A stretch of DNA of 64,000 nucleotides. Origin: Podarcis muralis. Its lineage: Eukaryota. A program made the translations under genes and the position numbers. The stretch's first letter is position 1. Every line of letters starts with the position of its first letter. Positions 22,234-35,022 of the stretch are shown here, piece by piece. Under the pieces are notes generated by a model. The model worked only from the letters and a program-made list of their open reading frames with translations. It made no database searches and was not told the DNA's origin. The stretch covers positions 25,234,001 to 25,298,000 of the forward strand of contig NC_135656.1 of NCBI RefSeq assembly GCF_964188315.1. Reading direction: 5' to 3'.

Positions 22234-23097
22234 TACTGGTGCAAATGGCTTCTATTAAAGTCACTATGAATAGTAGTTATATTATTTATAGATTAATTAA
22301 TATCAATCATGGCTGTATATGGCAAGCGGTCACTGGCTTTGTATACAAACTGTATGTAGGGAACATTTATTGCATATATTCAGTCCCTTGCTATTGAGCC
22401 AGTAGCCAATTGTGCCGTGTTATTCAACCTGAGAAATAGAACTTGATGAAAAATCTGATAATCAGTTTGGTTCAATTGCTCACTGTCAACACACAGCACA
22501 TTAAACTTAGCTAAGTAGGTGATGCCATGAATACCAAGTCTTGAATTCCCTGACTGACAGCATAACATTTCCATTTCTATTATACATATATAGAAGCAGA
22601 AGGTTGTCAGGGGTTGTTTGTTTGGCCAGGCTCAATGTATAAGCAAGTTAATACCGGTTGCACTCTACAAGGAACATCTCAAAGACAGCAACAATCTATT
22701 TGTGGCACAACATAGTGACACCAAGGGAGTATCTGTTACAAGAAACTAAATGCTGCCCGTCTACTTACACTGCGATAAAAGAGGAATGATGTTTCAGTAC
22801 TTTTAATCAAACCTTTTAACAAAGCCAAATGAGGTTGTTTACAATGATTTCCAGCTCAATAGCATGCATGCTGAGCTCCTATTGCGTATTCAAGCCACAA
22901 GCCACGGAAAAATAATAATGGTTCTGAGCATGCTTGATACACAGCTGTGCACTATATGGTCATATGCACACATGTTTGTGCATTGGCCACAGCCAAACAC
23001 AGAGTTAAGCTTCCTCAAGACCACTGAAATCACAATAATGGGAATAGAGGATGTCCATACACTCAACTCCTACTTAGCAGGTGTTAAATCACTACTA

Positions 23098-23319
23098 CAG
23101 GGGTACCTTGGGTTACAGACGCTTCAGGTTACAGACTCTGTGACCCAGAAATAGTACCTCGGGTTAAGTACTTTGCTTTAGGATGAGAACAGAAATCGCA
23201 CGGCGGCACAGCAGCAGCGGGGGGCCCCTTTAGCGAAAGTGGTACCTCAGGTTAAGAACAGTTTCAGGTTAAGAAAGGACCTCCAGAACGAATTAGGTTA
23301 TTAACCCAAGGTACAACTG
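23098..23319. mobile_element. Tc1/mariner MITE, family A
   Basis: TA|caggggtaccttggg ... ccaaggtacaactg|TA. Confidence 0.9.
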
Positions 23320-23399
23320 TATTTAACAAGACAAGATGAAATAGAATATGAGGCGGGGAAAGCCACTTGATGTCAGCAGAATGCCCTCTTCCACCTTGG

Positions 23400-24045
23400 T
23401 CTTCTGACGCATGGAATTTCCTCACAGTCCAAGCTGGTCCTCTGGGACATACTCCAAAAAGGGTCTCATGGTCTCCTCTGAACTGAATAATCCACACTGA
23501 AAGAAGTCTGTCTGGGGGAGCACAACCCAGCAGTGGTGCTGAGGGATTATTTTTTAGCCTCTTGGCCACTAACCCATGGGGCCTTTCAAGGTCAATTTTA
23601 TCCCCGATAGGGTATTTAACATTTACATTAAGACACAGAGAGAGGTCACCTGGAAAACTGGCCAATAGGTGAGTGCCTCACTTCTTTTAATTTGAATCTA
23701 GGGAACCAGTAAAGATTCTGAATCAGTGTCTGCAATCGGTGGAGGATTAGATACGGGCTAAAACATTGAGCAGCAGAGGTGCTTTGGGTCAACAGGAAAG
23801 TTAATCTGGGATTAAGTGTACACAGTCTGTTTTGGACCAGTTTTGAACCATGTCAGTTCTCCTAGAATTGGTTTTGTTCCTGGACATTCAGGTGTTGCTG
23901 TGAGTAGTAGCATGACCCTGCATCGTGCACCAGTGTCATCTTTTTCTAGAAAGTATTCCTAGTCCAACATCCAGACTGGGTGACTCCCCTGAAAAGCGTA
24001 CTGAAACTCCAGCATGTACAGAATGCTGCAGCTCATGTCATGAGA
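23400..24045 (+). mobile_element. Highly decayed L2 RT/ORF2 fragment
   Basis: 23580-23660 resembles G.PQGS.LSP.LFNIY.K...EV; 23970-24040 resembles LD...P.K...KLQ.VQNAAA. Confidence 0.55.
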
Positions 24046-24594
24046 TGTCCTTTAATCAATTTGGATCGTCAGCATAGAGGAGATTTCTGTGGGGAAGTCA
24101 GAAGCAGGAATGACAGAGCATAGCCATATTTGTGTTCTGTGAGGAGGAGATAATCATTTGCGATAATCATTTGCCAGGCAGGGGATAGTCTTCTATCTAA
24201 ATGTGCCTGCTATTCAAAGGGTTCTGCACTCCACGTCCAGTTTAAAGATAAAGAGGATAAAATAAAGAACCCTAAGAAGGGAGATCAGGGAAGGCCTTGA
24301 AGTTGCTCATCAACAGGTAAACACCTGGACAACAGACTGAGCAACGCACACAGGTCACCTGATCACAGTCTTCTCCACTATGGTGAGATATATTTCTATT
24401 TAAACTGTAGTAATAAGTTCTAAATTTGCACATAAACATATAAATCAGCACATGCAGATTTTAGGCAAATCTGTGTCCTCTTTTGCCCTCTATTTTGATG
24501 GTGTGTAAATGGCTATCCTGTGATGGTTCGAAGAGCTGGAAGAAGACTCAACAATCTACTGTATTGTAACCGACCCATATACTGAAAATCCATA

Positions 24595-24941
24595 CAGTGG
24601 TGCCTCGCAAGACGAAAACAATCCGTTCCGCGATTCTCTTCGTCTAGCGGTTTTTTCATCTTGTGAAGCAACCCTATTAGCGGCTTAGCGCTATTAGCGG
24701 TTTAGTGGCTTAGCGGCTATTAAAGGCTTAGCGGCATAGCTGCTAAAAGGCTATTAGCGGCTTAGTGGCTTAGAAAAAGGGGGGGGGGAGCGGGGAAAAA
24801 ATCGCAAGACTAGCAAGACGTTTCGTCTTGCAAAGCAAGCCCATAGGGAAATTCGTCTTGCGAAGCAACTCAAAAACGGAAAGCCCTTTCGTCTAGCGGG
24901 TTTTCCGTCTTGCGAGGCATTCGTCTTGCGGGGCACCACTG
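24595..24941. mobile_element. Tc1/mariner MITE, family C (cagtggtgcctcgcaagacg)
   Basis: TA|cagtggtgcctcgcaagacg ... cgtcttgcggggcaccactg|TA. Confidence 0.9.
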
Positions 24942-25392
24942 TACATCATAATCTCTGTGTTTAGGTATAAATAACAGAAAAGTACCTACCAGAGAGCACA
25001 TTGTAGTTGGGTATAAATGTCCTCCTGCATATAAACCTAAAGTCAGAATCTAACAAATTTTGAATAAGAATAATATACGATCCCTACTCACAAAGCAAGG
25101 TACAAACAACCCCATTTGAATATATTATTTCTAAAGTGAAACATTTAGACTTATGTTTCCTTACTTTTAATTTTATCCATGAAGAAATAAAATTTGTATT
25201 CATAGAGATGGGACAGTTAAGAAACAGGAAAATGCAAACAGCAGGGGTGAACTTGGGTATTTATGGCAACCAAAGAGAGGATTAAATTTGGAACGTTCCT
25301 TTAATATTTATTTTAATTCATTTTGGTACAGTTGCTTTTTAAATGGATCTTCTCAGTAGGTACCTGTGTAAATCTGGGTATTATTAAAGATA

Positions 25393-25765
25393 AAAGGTAA
25401 AGGACCCCTGGACTGTTAAGTCCAGTCAAAGGTGACTATGGGGTGCGGCACTCATCTCGCTTTTCAGGCCGAGGGAGCCGGGATTTGTCCACAGACAACT
25501 TTCTATTCATGTGGCCAGCATGACTAAACCACTTCTGGTGCAACAGGACACTGTGACGGAAACCAGAGCACACAGAAACGCTGTTTAATTTCCCGTCACA
25601 GCGGTATCTATTTATCTTATTGCACTGGTGTGCTTTCAGACTGCTAGGTTGGCAGGAGCTGGGACAGAGCAACGGGAGCTCACCCTGTTGCACGGATTTG
25701 AACTGCCGATCTTCCTATTGGCAAGCCCAAGAGGCTCAGTGGGACCACAGCGCCAATTGCATCCC
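25393..25765 (-). mobile_element. Sauria SINE (Squam1), full length
   Basis: (aaaggt)n tail; gtgcaagtagataaatagg-type core in reverse; tRNA-like head ...accacagcgcca..gcatccc. Confidence 0.9.
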
Positions 25766-26706
25766 TTTTATCATTTACCATTACTATTACTGTTACACAC
25801 CCCACTTGGCTTGGTGCCCTGTGTGTGGGAACTGTTCGCAACGCTCTAAATTTGGCGCTGCTGAAAGATGTTTAAAAGGACCCAAGGCCTTCTGCCATAT
25901 TCAGAATTTGCTCCCTAGTAATGATGCTTAGGAGGAGAATTGCAGGGAACTCATCAGCTGAAAACCATTTGAATTTTAGATAGCACATTTTACATTTCCA
26001 TTCATCTGGAAAACAAACTCCTAATGAATCATTATGCCAATCTAAAATGGCCACTTATGGGAAAGGTGAATGGCAATCTGATCAAAAAGTTGTTGCAATT
26101 CAGCTGCATTGCCTTCACCTTTCTAGAGGAATATGTTAGCATTTCACAGTCTTTAAAAGGGAAATGTTTCAGGTACCAAAGATCAATTGGGCAAGGAAAA
26201 ACAGACTTTAGAAGGCTATTTTCAGTGAAAAGCGAATGAATAAGAAGTGTTCTTTTAAAAATCAATTTCTTCCTGTTTTTTACTTCTTGTTTCTGAATCT
26301 GCTACCTTCATATAGTAGCATCCGAAAATGCCGAAACTTACCACTTCATGCTTATGAGTATAGCTGCAGAACCTGCAGGTTGAGATATGCTTTGTATCTT
26401 TCACAGCAAACCATTCTGCTAAGAATGTTCTTGATCCTTAAGTACAGGAAAAATAGTGAATTAAAAAAAGAATGTTCTTGATCTTTTTCCCCTGTTTGAA
26501 TACTTGGTAAGAATATGACATTATCCTTTGCTCATTCAACCTTTGGAACCCATAAATTGCTAATAGGATTTGGGCATTACCCCAATTAATTTTTAGACAA
26601 TCAAAGCTGACTTTTAAACTATTAAAGGTGATTATAAATATAATGCCTGACTCATGCCTACTGGCTGCAGCAGGAGGAAGGATGATCAGTAACATGGGAA
26701 AAGTTA

Positions 26707-27210
26707 CCGTATTTTTTGCTCCATAAGACGCACTCTTTCCCTCCTAAAAAATAAGGGGAAATGTGTGTGCGTCTTATGGAGCGAATGCAGGTGGGAGGCT
26801 CTGCTCAGTGCTCCCTTTAAAGAGCCGCGTGGAGTGTGTGTGCGGCTCTTGGGGGCTTTTCCCTGAGGAGGGCAGCCTGTTAGTCCCTTCTCCCTCCTCG
26901 GGGAAAAGTGCCCAAGAGCCACACACATGCTCCACGTGGCTCTTTAAAGGGAGCGCAGCTCTTGTGGGCTTTTCTGCAAGGTGGGGGAAGAGACTGAGGG
27001 GCTGCCCTCTGTCCCTTCCCCCACCTCCTGCAAAAGCCAGCAAGAGCCATGCGGGGGCGCCCGCAGGCTCTGCGTGGCCCCAGACGGTCTGCCCACCGCC
27101 TCTCCCTCAGCTGTAGGACGGCTGAGTGGGAGGAGGCAGGCAGACTCCTTGGAGGTCCCGCAGAGCGTTCTGCCCCAGGTGCCTGATCGGCTTGCTCCAC
27201 CACTGATTAT
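26707..27210. mobile_element. Tc2/pogo-like non-autonomous element, one end missing
   Basis: TA|ccgtattttttgctccataagacgcac with sub-terminal inverted gcgtcttatggagc; GC-rich interior; right TIR not found. Confidence 0.65.
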
Positions 27211-28533
27211 GAGAGAGGCCCTGCAGAATATTTCGGTTAGGAATGTGAAGAGAGGAAACTGCTCTCTTAAATACCAGGCAAGACCTATTGCTTTTAAGCT
27301 TGTGTGCTACTTAAGCCAACGTCTAAGACCTTATTATCAAACAGGTAAAGTTCCTTCCTGGCAGGAGAACATCAGCTCCTGTTGCAACAGGTTCCTCATA
27401 CTCCACACAAGCTTATCGTTCGAGTTCCTGGTTCTTTGTGAGAAAGTGGCATTGTTCAACAAACTTCTGAGGAGCTCAACAATCAGTGTGCGGGTTTGCC
27501 ACAGGCAGAGAACTCTGCTTTGATTCAAATTCAAACAAAGTGCTCACAAATAATAATAATAAAAAGCTCGCAAACCAGGAAAAGACAATTACAGTTGTGT
27601 TCACCTCCACTCTACATCTTCATTTTCATGAAACCTTTTTGAGTAGTAGAACTAGCATCTGGGGGTTTTAAGGAAGAGGATGAAAGCACATTCACACACT
27701 GTGCCATGTGTAAATTGCTGGCTCTTAACCCTATTCCTTCCAGGAATTGTCAGCTCACTTATGTCAGCTCAGGAGAGGGGGAAGGGTACGTTCCCACCAC
27801 TCCAGCAACTTTTATTAACCATTAGCTTGGTTTCTCTTGGTACACACGAAGCAAAATCAATCGTTTCCTTTTATAAAAAGTATTATACCCACTGACTTTC
27901 AGTAGGTCTGGAACAATAAGTGCTCACACAGTCTCCTCGCTTCCTAGTCTTTGAAGATAATGCATTTAGCACCCATTAGGACACACTGTCCTTCCAAACC
28001 ATCTCAGCAAAGACTTTTATTGGAAGGTAGATGGCATCTTTCACTTATGGCTGTCATCTTTTTACTGCCCTGGCTACCACTGCTTCCTATGCCAAGGCAG
28101 TTTCTCTTTCCCTTTCTCGCTGTTTTCTTTTTCTAATCCAATTTCCATTAATGGAAGGGAATTAATTAAGACAGCTGTAGGGTTGACATGAGTTTAGGGC
28201 CCATTGTTTGGGCCTGTCTGGCAAATGAAGAGGCTTATTTATGGCCTTCCAAATCCTGTTCCACTGCTAACACTCCAGTTCTCATTGCCATCATCTACAA
28301 ATGGTGCTTATTTATTTGCTTATGTATTTATAATCCACACTTTCATACAAAATATATCACGGCAGTGTACAACATATAAGAATGAAATCAGCCCAAAGGA
28401 TTCATTAAAACCATCAATAAATGCTGATTGGTTGAAAAAGAGAAAGTCCATAGTGCATAGACCTGTCAAAACAATATGGTGGGGAATTGTACAGGGCAGG
28501 GCCTGCCACACCCAAGGCTTGGCTCCTAGTGAA

Positions 28534-28590
28534 AGCTTCCGCCAACCTCACAGTTTGAAAGCATTCCAGTGCAAGTAGATAAATAGGTAC
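28534..28590 (+). mobile_element. Sauria SINE internal fragment
   Basis: gccaacctcacagtttgaaagcattccagtgcaagtagataaataggtac, also seen in the 31054 copy. Confidence 0.7.
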
Positions 28591-28762
28591 AGGGCCATCT
28601 TTACCCAAGGGTGCAAGAGGTGCGGGGCACCTGGGCGCTAAATTCTGCAGGACACCAGGTGCTCGCTGCTGAAGCCGCCTAAGCTCTTAACTATCTACCT
28701 GTTATGAAATAATAAATAATTTTGATCAAGCTAGAAAAACAAAATACACATATACCTAGGTA

Positions 28763-29117
28763 CAGTGGTACCTCGCAAGACGAATGCCTCGCAAGACAAA
28801 AAACTCGCAAGACAAAAGGGTTTTTTGTTTTTTGAGCTGCTTCGCAAGACGATTTTCCCTATGGGCTTGCTTTGCAAGACGGAAATGTCTTGCAAGTTTG
28901 TTTCCTTTTTCTTAACACCGTTAATACAGTTGCGACTTGACTTCGAGGAGCAACTCATAGAACGCAGTGTGGTAGCCTTTTTTGAGGTTTTTAAAGACTT
29001 TGGTGATTTTTGAAGCTTTTCCAAAACTTTTCCGACACCGTGCTTCGCAAGACGAAAAAAATCGCAAGACGACAAAACTCGCGGAACGAATTAATTTCGT
29101 CTTGCGAGGCACCACTG
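28763..29117. mobile_element. Tc1/mariner MITE, family C
   Basis: cagtggtacctcgcaagacg ... cgtcttgcgaggcaccactg; flanked by TATACCTAGGTA on both sides. Confidence 0.9.
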
Positions 29118-29249
29118 TATACCTAGGTACTACAAAAAATGTATACCTACTGTTTCACTAAAGGACTTTTGACTTTGTGCACTCATTTACCAAAGACGCA
29201 CCACGCCAGCGGTGGCGCTTGTCATTCACAACAACAGCGCTTGTCATTC

Positions 29250-29826
29250 TCAACAGATGGTGACAGCAGCCACGAAATTAAAAGACGCCTGCTTCTTGGG
29301 AGAAGGGCAATGACAGGCCTAGACAGCATCTTGAGAAGTAGAGACGTCACCTTGCCAACAAAGGTCCGTATAGTTAAAGCCATGGTCTTCCCAGTAGTGA
29401 TGTATGGAAGTGAGAGCTGGACCATAAAGAAGGCTGATCGCCGAAGAATTGATGCTTTTGAATTATGGTGCTGGAGAAGACTCTTGAGAGTCCCATGGAC
29501 GGCAAGAAGATCAAATGCATCCATTCTTAAGGAAATCAGACCTGAGTGCTCACTGGAAGGACAGATCGTGAAGCTGAGGCTCAAGTACTTTGGCCACCTC
29601 ATGAGAAGAGAAGACTCCCTGGAGAAGACACTGATGCTGGGAAAGATGGAGGGCACAAGGAGAAGGGGGCGACAGAGGACAAGATGGTTGGATAGCGTTT
29701 TTGAGGTTACCAGCATGAGTCTGACCAAACTGCGGGAAGTAGTGGAGGACAGAGGTGCCTGGCGTGCTCTGGTCCATGGGGTCACGAAGAGTCGGACACG
29801 ACTAAACGACTAAACAACAACAACAA
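29250..29826 (+). mobile_element. BovB (RTE-clade LINE) 3' fragment with uninterrupted ORF end
   Basis: DGDSSHEIKRRLLLGR.AM..LDSIL.SRD.TLPTKV..VKAMVFPVVMYGSESWTIKKA...IDAFELWCWRRLLRVPWTARRSN..HGVTKSRTRLND* followed by a (caa)n tail. Confidence 0.95.
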
Positions 29827-31053
29827 CCTAATTCACACTTTTCACAATAACACACAGCTTAAGCACAGCCATTTTTTGTATAAAAATGTGCATATCTTAA
29901 TTTCACAATGTGTACAGAAATGTGCAAACTACTGAAAACAGCATACAGAAATAAGGAGGAAAGTGCTTGGGGATAAGTGCATATTAGGCAAAAATGGCAT
30001 ACAAAGCTGTGCGTATATTAGGATAACTTTGCACTAAAATGAAGATGAATTTCCATGGGGACTTCTTTTGGGGAAAAAATCAAACTGATATGGAAATGGG
30101 AAGAATTTTGGAGTGAAAAAACGAGAAACTGAAATTGAAAGATTTGCTCATTGTTACTGTACAGTTAATTGGACAATGAGTTTTAAAACAAAAGCAGTGA
30201 GAAAACAGGATTCATTTTAAAGAATACAGTGGGTGCAACTCTTCCTATATTCTAGGATGTGAATGGATGGATGACAAGATACAGAGGCAATAAGTGGAGG
30301 AAAACAAACCTTCACCTTTCAGTAAGAGTTAACTTTTCAACTGTATCTCACCCCTTCTTTCTCAGTCAAGTAAATGCAACAGGAAGAGGGTTTTTGTTTT
30401 GTTTTCATGTAACATCAACTTCCTTGTGTGTTGGTCATTAAGGAAACATTTGTCTTCAAACAGATGGCTTTGCTAAGCATTTGACAACAGTTAGCCTCTG
30501 AATCTGCAATCTTCAAACTGCTCTTGGGCTTGTAAATCTTGGGAAGCAAGGGGCACACAACATTCGCTTCCATGCTAGAGGAGGAAGGGAATAAAAATGC
30601 TTGGCAAGAGCCTTTATTTATCTGTTGGCATTTGCATCCTCTCCTTCCTTCAAGGAGCCCAGAGTAATAGCTGAAGCCTGACGACAAGCCTACCAGGCAG
30701 CTTAGGCTGCCGACGCAAGGAGTTGCCTGAGGTCTCTCAGGTCACCACCACACCATGCATTAAAACAATCTTTAAATTAGTTTTTATTGAAGATTTTCTT
30801 GTGCTACACAGTTCGTTAACGTTCAGTATGAGATACTAATGTCATGGGCATCTTGCAGCTGGGGGAAGAGAATGGGGAATGAAAGAGGGGGTATTGCTCT
30901 ATCGTTCCATTGCATAGTGTTAGTATGGGGACTGTGTCAGCATCTCGTCGGTAGGTTCCTTATTTATATATTTATTTATCTTTATTGGCATTGCGAGGGG
31001 TTGAGGGATGTCCAGAGCTTGGTTGGATGTGTTCAGTTGGTTGCAGTGTTGCT

Positions 31054-31424
31054 GGGAGCAGGTGGCGCTGTGGTCCAAACCACTGAGCCTCTTGGGCTTG
31101 CCGATTGGAAGGTCAGTGGTTCGAATCCAAGCTCCCGTTGCTCTGTCCCAGCTCCTGCCAACCTAGCAATTCGAAAGCACACCAGTGCAAGTAGATAAAT
31201 AGGTACCGCTGCGGCGGGAAGGTAAACAGCATTTCTGTGTACTCTGGTTTCCGTCACAGCGTCCAGTTGCCCCAGAAGTGGTTTAGTCATGCTGACCACA
31301 TGACCCAGAAAACTGTCTGTGGACAAACGCCGGCTCCCTCGCCCTGAAGTGAGATGAGCGCCGCAACACCATAGTTGCCTTTGACTGGACTTAACTGTCC
31401 AGCGTTCCTTTACCTTTTACCTTT
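31054..31424 (+). mobile_element. Sauria SINE (Squam1), small internal deletion
   Basis: Head gggagcaggtggcgctgtgg, B box ggttcgaatcc, core gtgcaagtagataaataggtacc, tail (taccttt)n. Confidence 0.9.
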
Positions 31425-32301
31425 CTTGTAGCTTGTTTGTATATGTGTGGGGTGGGTGGGGTGTTGGGTTATTTGCCACTTCAACATGTCATGGGGACCA
31501 TAGTCTGCTAAAGGAGCTGGGAATTGTTACTCTGTGAATGACCTCCTAACAACTCTCAGCCAGCATGGCCAATGGCCAGGGTGGTTCCATGGTGCTTGAA
31601 GTTTGTAAGCTTCAGTGTGCTGAATTGCAAGCTGCATTTCCCACATCTAAGCTCAAGGTGTGATCGAGCTTGCTTTTCCTGCCCTCCCTCCCAATCCCCC
31701 CCCCCCCCGATTGTCATGTCTTTCTCTGAACTGATTTATGTGAGCCACCCTCAGAGCCATTTTGGCTAAAGGATGAGGAACGAATGCTGTAAATAAACAA
31801 ATACCTGAGGATGCCATAGAAGGAACCTGGGAAAGATGCTCTACGTTGAGAGCATGTGCTGTTCCACTGAATGGCATTTCCATGTTCCATGAAAGCATGT
31901 GCTGTTCCCTTCCCTAAAGGAAGAAATATACCAGTTGTGCACACCTGTGAGGCGGAACTAAGGGATTCTCCCTAGGACGTTTTATTGGCCTCAAAAAGAA
32001 AAAATTGGGGTTTTCTCTCTTTCCTCTGCTGCCATGCGGGCCAAAAATTTATGTATTGTTTATTTATCAGATTTGTACACTGCCCTTCATGACATGGCGC
32101 ACTCTGGACTCTCAAATTTCAGCAGATCCCTGAACAATGCTAAAATTGGATGCCCCCGCATCTTGCATTCCGTTCTACATCATGGCTGCAGCACCCCATG
32201 TGACGCTGGCACCCAGTGTGGCCAAACTGGTCGCATTACCCTAAAACCACCTCTGATGATATCCACAGAGTAGTTCCCAACATAATAGATAAAAGATAAT
32301 A

Positions 32302-32536
32302 CAGTGGTACCTCAGGTTAAGTACTTAATTCGTTCCGGAGGTCCGTTCTTAACCTGAAACTGTTCTTAACCTGAAGCACCACTTTAGCTAATGGGGCTGC
32401 GCCGCCGCCGGAGCACGATTTCTGTTCTCATCCTGAAGTAAAGTTCTTAACCTGAAGCACTATTTCTGGGTTAGCGGAGTCTGTAACCTGAAGCGTATGT
32501 AACCTGAAGCTTATGTAACCTGTACAGGTACCACTG
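32302..32536. mobile_element. Tc1/mariner MITE, family A
   Basis: TA|cagtggtacctcagg ... aggtaccactg|TA. Confidence 0.9.
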
Positions 32537-32614
32537 TACGGAATAAAACTTAACAATAGAATAGAATACGGTCAAAGAACAATACTGTACATTGAGTTAA
32601 GAAAGACCCAAAGC

Positions 32615-32791
32615 AAGGTCATAGCTCAGTGGCAGAACATCTGGTTTGCAGGCAGAAGGTCACAGGTCCAATTCGTAGCATCTCCAGAAATATCCAGCCT
32701 GCAACTCTGGTGACCCACTGACACTAAGTGTAGAGAATATTGAGATGAACCAATGGTCTGATTCAGCTTAAAGCAGCTTCCTATTATCCTG
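32615..32791 (+). mobile_element. tRNA-derived SINE with CR1-type tail (Squam2-like), old
   Basis: tagctcagtggcagaacatctg..tgcaggcagaaggtc.caggt head; gatgaaccaatggtctgattcagc..aaagcagcttcctat tail. Confidence 0.6.
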
Positions 32792-33235
32792 ACAGCCGCC
32801 TAATAGCAACCAATAACACAAAATATTAGAAATGTAAGATGGCCAAGTGCCTAGAGGCTAGAGAATCAACGATCACCACAAAGCATGATCCAGAAAAGAA
32901 TTACCGCAAGACGCTTGATCTTCGGCATTTGTTTGTTTGCATGAGATTAATTCAACAAAACTGTGCCTTTATTATTTTGAGTCTGACTCAAGTTGTGCCT
33001 CCTACTCTCCTGCTGAAATATGGGGCTACAGATTTAAATAATCTGCTACCACTATTGCAAGTGCAAACCAGAAACCACATGCACACAGCTTCGTTCCGAT
33101 GTAAATTAACTACACAAACGTTTCTGACTGCTAAAATCAATTTTCCTCCCACCTTCAAACATTAAGATTTACCAAGAATATATTTAATTTATATACTTAA
33201 CAGAAAACAATGACTCATAAAAAGTCCAGAGTTGA

Positions 33236-33240
<5 letters not shown>

Positions 33241-33292
<52 letters not shown>
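33241..33292. repeat. (TA)26 microsatellite
   Basis: Direct reading. Confidence 0.95.
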
Positions 33293-33297
<5 letters not shown>

Positions 33298-34704
33298 TGT
33301 ACCTTATCAACCCATTAATAGATTTTGTAATCTTTGCAGAGTTTTAAAAATTACCTTTTTCGCAACTTGTTTATTTTCCTTCATCAATGTATTTGAAGTC
33401 TGCCAACTTATTTTTCGTTTTAATTGTGCAAAAATGGAAAACCAATTCCCACATGTCTTCTCACATTTTCAAAACATTAACCAGATCTTCTCTTCCCACC
33501 TGGTCTCCATATGTGAGAATGGCTAATATTTCAGTCCAGGATGAACGTAGCATCTGACGGAGTTAGCAATTATAATCTGCCAGATCCATGGTATTCAGAT
33601 TTGTGACCTTTCCCACTTAACAAGCTATCCTTTCCGAGATTTTCCAGCGCAGAATAGGAAGCCGAGGACCAAGCATCTCATCTGACAGCACCAAGAATGG
33701 TTACTGTTTTCAAAGAGCGACAACCGTGTGTTGTGCTTAAAAGGTGACCATCTGTAAGAGTCCCTAACCATCATAGCCACGGCATGAACATAGCAGCCAA
33801 CAAGCCATGCCTTAAAACTTGCTTTGGTTCCTTTGGAGCATTTGGCAGAACACGGCATCATTGTTTTCTTTATCAGATGTTTTAGACCAGGCGGTAAAAA
33901 ATAAATAAAAGGCAGGATATTGAATCGTTATACCCTTTAAAATCACAATCGCACTTACCTAACTATGGTGTGAACAATCTGTAAAGGAAAGCTGGTCATT
34001 ACAGTAGTGAGCATGCAGGCCTGGTGACCTTCAGAAAAACCACATTCATCTTGGGCAGTGTTATGCCAGCAAAGTTTAGTGTAAGTTTTGTACAGCAAGA
34101 AAGATTTATATGATGCCAGTGGCTGGAGATCTCCATAGATTCCGGCTCACAACACAAAACACGTTGAGGGCAGCCTCAAAAGGGCTGCATTGCTACCTTA
34201 TTTGTGGAAAAGCATGTTTCTTTAAAACAAAACAAAACAGTCACTGTTAACTTCCCCTTTTCTGTCTACACTCCATAGACTTTTCCTCTCTTTGCATCAT
34301 TTCAGGTTCCTCATAATCCTTGTCTGTTAACCCTTCCTGTGGTCTCTTCATTCCACAGCAAACTGTCTTTCTTTCTCTTTCCCTATCCTAAAGTTCATAC
34401 TCAGTTTTCTCTACCCTTAAATCTCTGTAGCCAAATTACTCCATTTTTTCCCTTTTTCTTTTCTTCTCCACCCACTCTTCTCTCTTCAGCCTCATCTCCA
34501 TTTTGCCCTTTTCTGGTGTATTCCACAACACTCTTTGCACCATCATAGGTCCTTCTGCACCCCTATTTCCTATATTTCGGTTTTTCTGTTTCCTACTTGC
34601 AGGCCCCCCTCAAACATTTTATTGTGGGGCCAAAGCCCCCTAGGAGTTAGCTCCTATATGGTGGGCTGTTCGGTTCAGTTAGCATAGGAGAGAAACTTAC
34701 ACCA

Positions 34705-35022
34705 TATTATTATTATTTATTTATTATTTATACCCCGCCCATCTGGCTGAGTTTCCCCAGCCACTCTGGACGGCTTCCAATTGAGTGTTAAAAACAATAC
34801 AGCATTAAATATTAAAAACTTCCCTAAACAGGGCTGCCGTCAGATGTCTTTTAAAGATAAGACAGCTGCTTATTTCCTTCACATATGAAGGGAGGACATT
34901 CCACAGGGTGGGCGCCACTACTGAGAAGGCCCTCTGTCTGGTTCCCTGTAACCTCACTTCTCGCAATGAGGGAACCGCCAGAAGGCCCTCAGCGCTGGAT
35001 CTCAGTGTCCGGGCTGAACGAT
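34705..35022 (-). mobile_element. L2 LINE 3' end
   Basis: (tat)n-ataccccgcccatctggctgagtttccccagccactctgg...gggaggacattccacagggtgggcgccactactgagaaggccctc is the reverse L2 3' region. Confidence 0.85.

Noticed and set aside
29139-29249. N-terminal part of the 224-aa ORF
   Set aside because: Fortuitous open frame in flanking DNA; BovB homology starts only at about 29250.
31054-31130. tRNA-like A/B boxes here and in other SINE heads
   Set aside because: SINE heads without a cloverleaf or terminator; not tRNA genes.
32800-34100. Unique, mildly CpG-retaining stretch that looked like a possible exon or pseudogene
   Set aside because: No frame gives a recognisable protein; it may be a conserved non-coding element, but that needs alignment.
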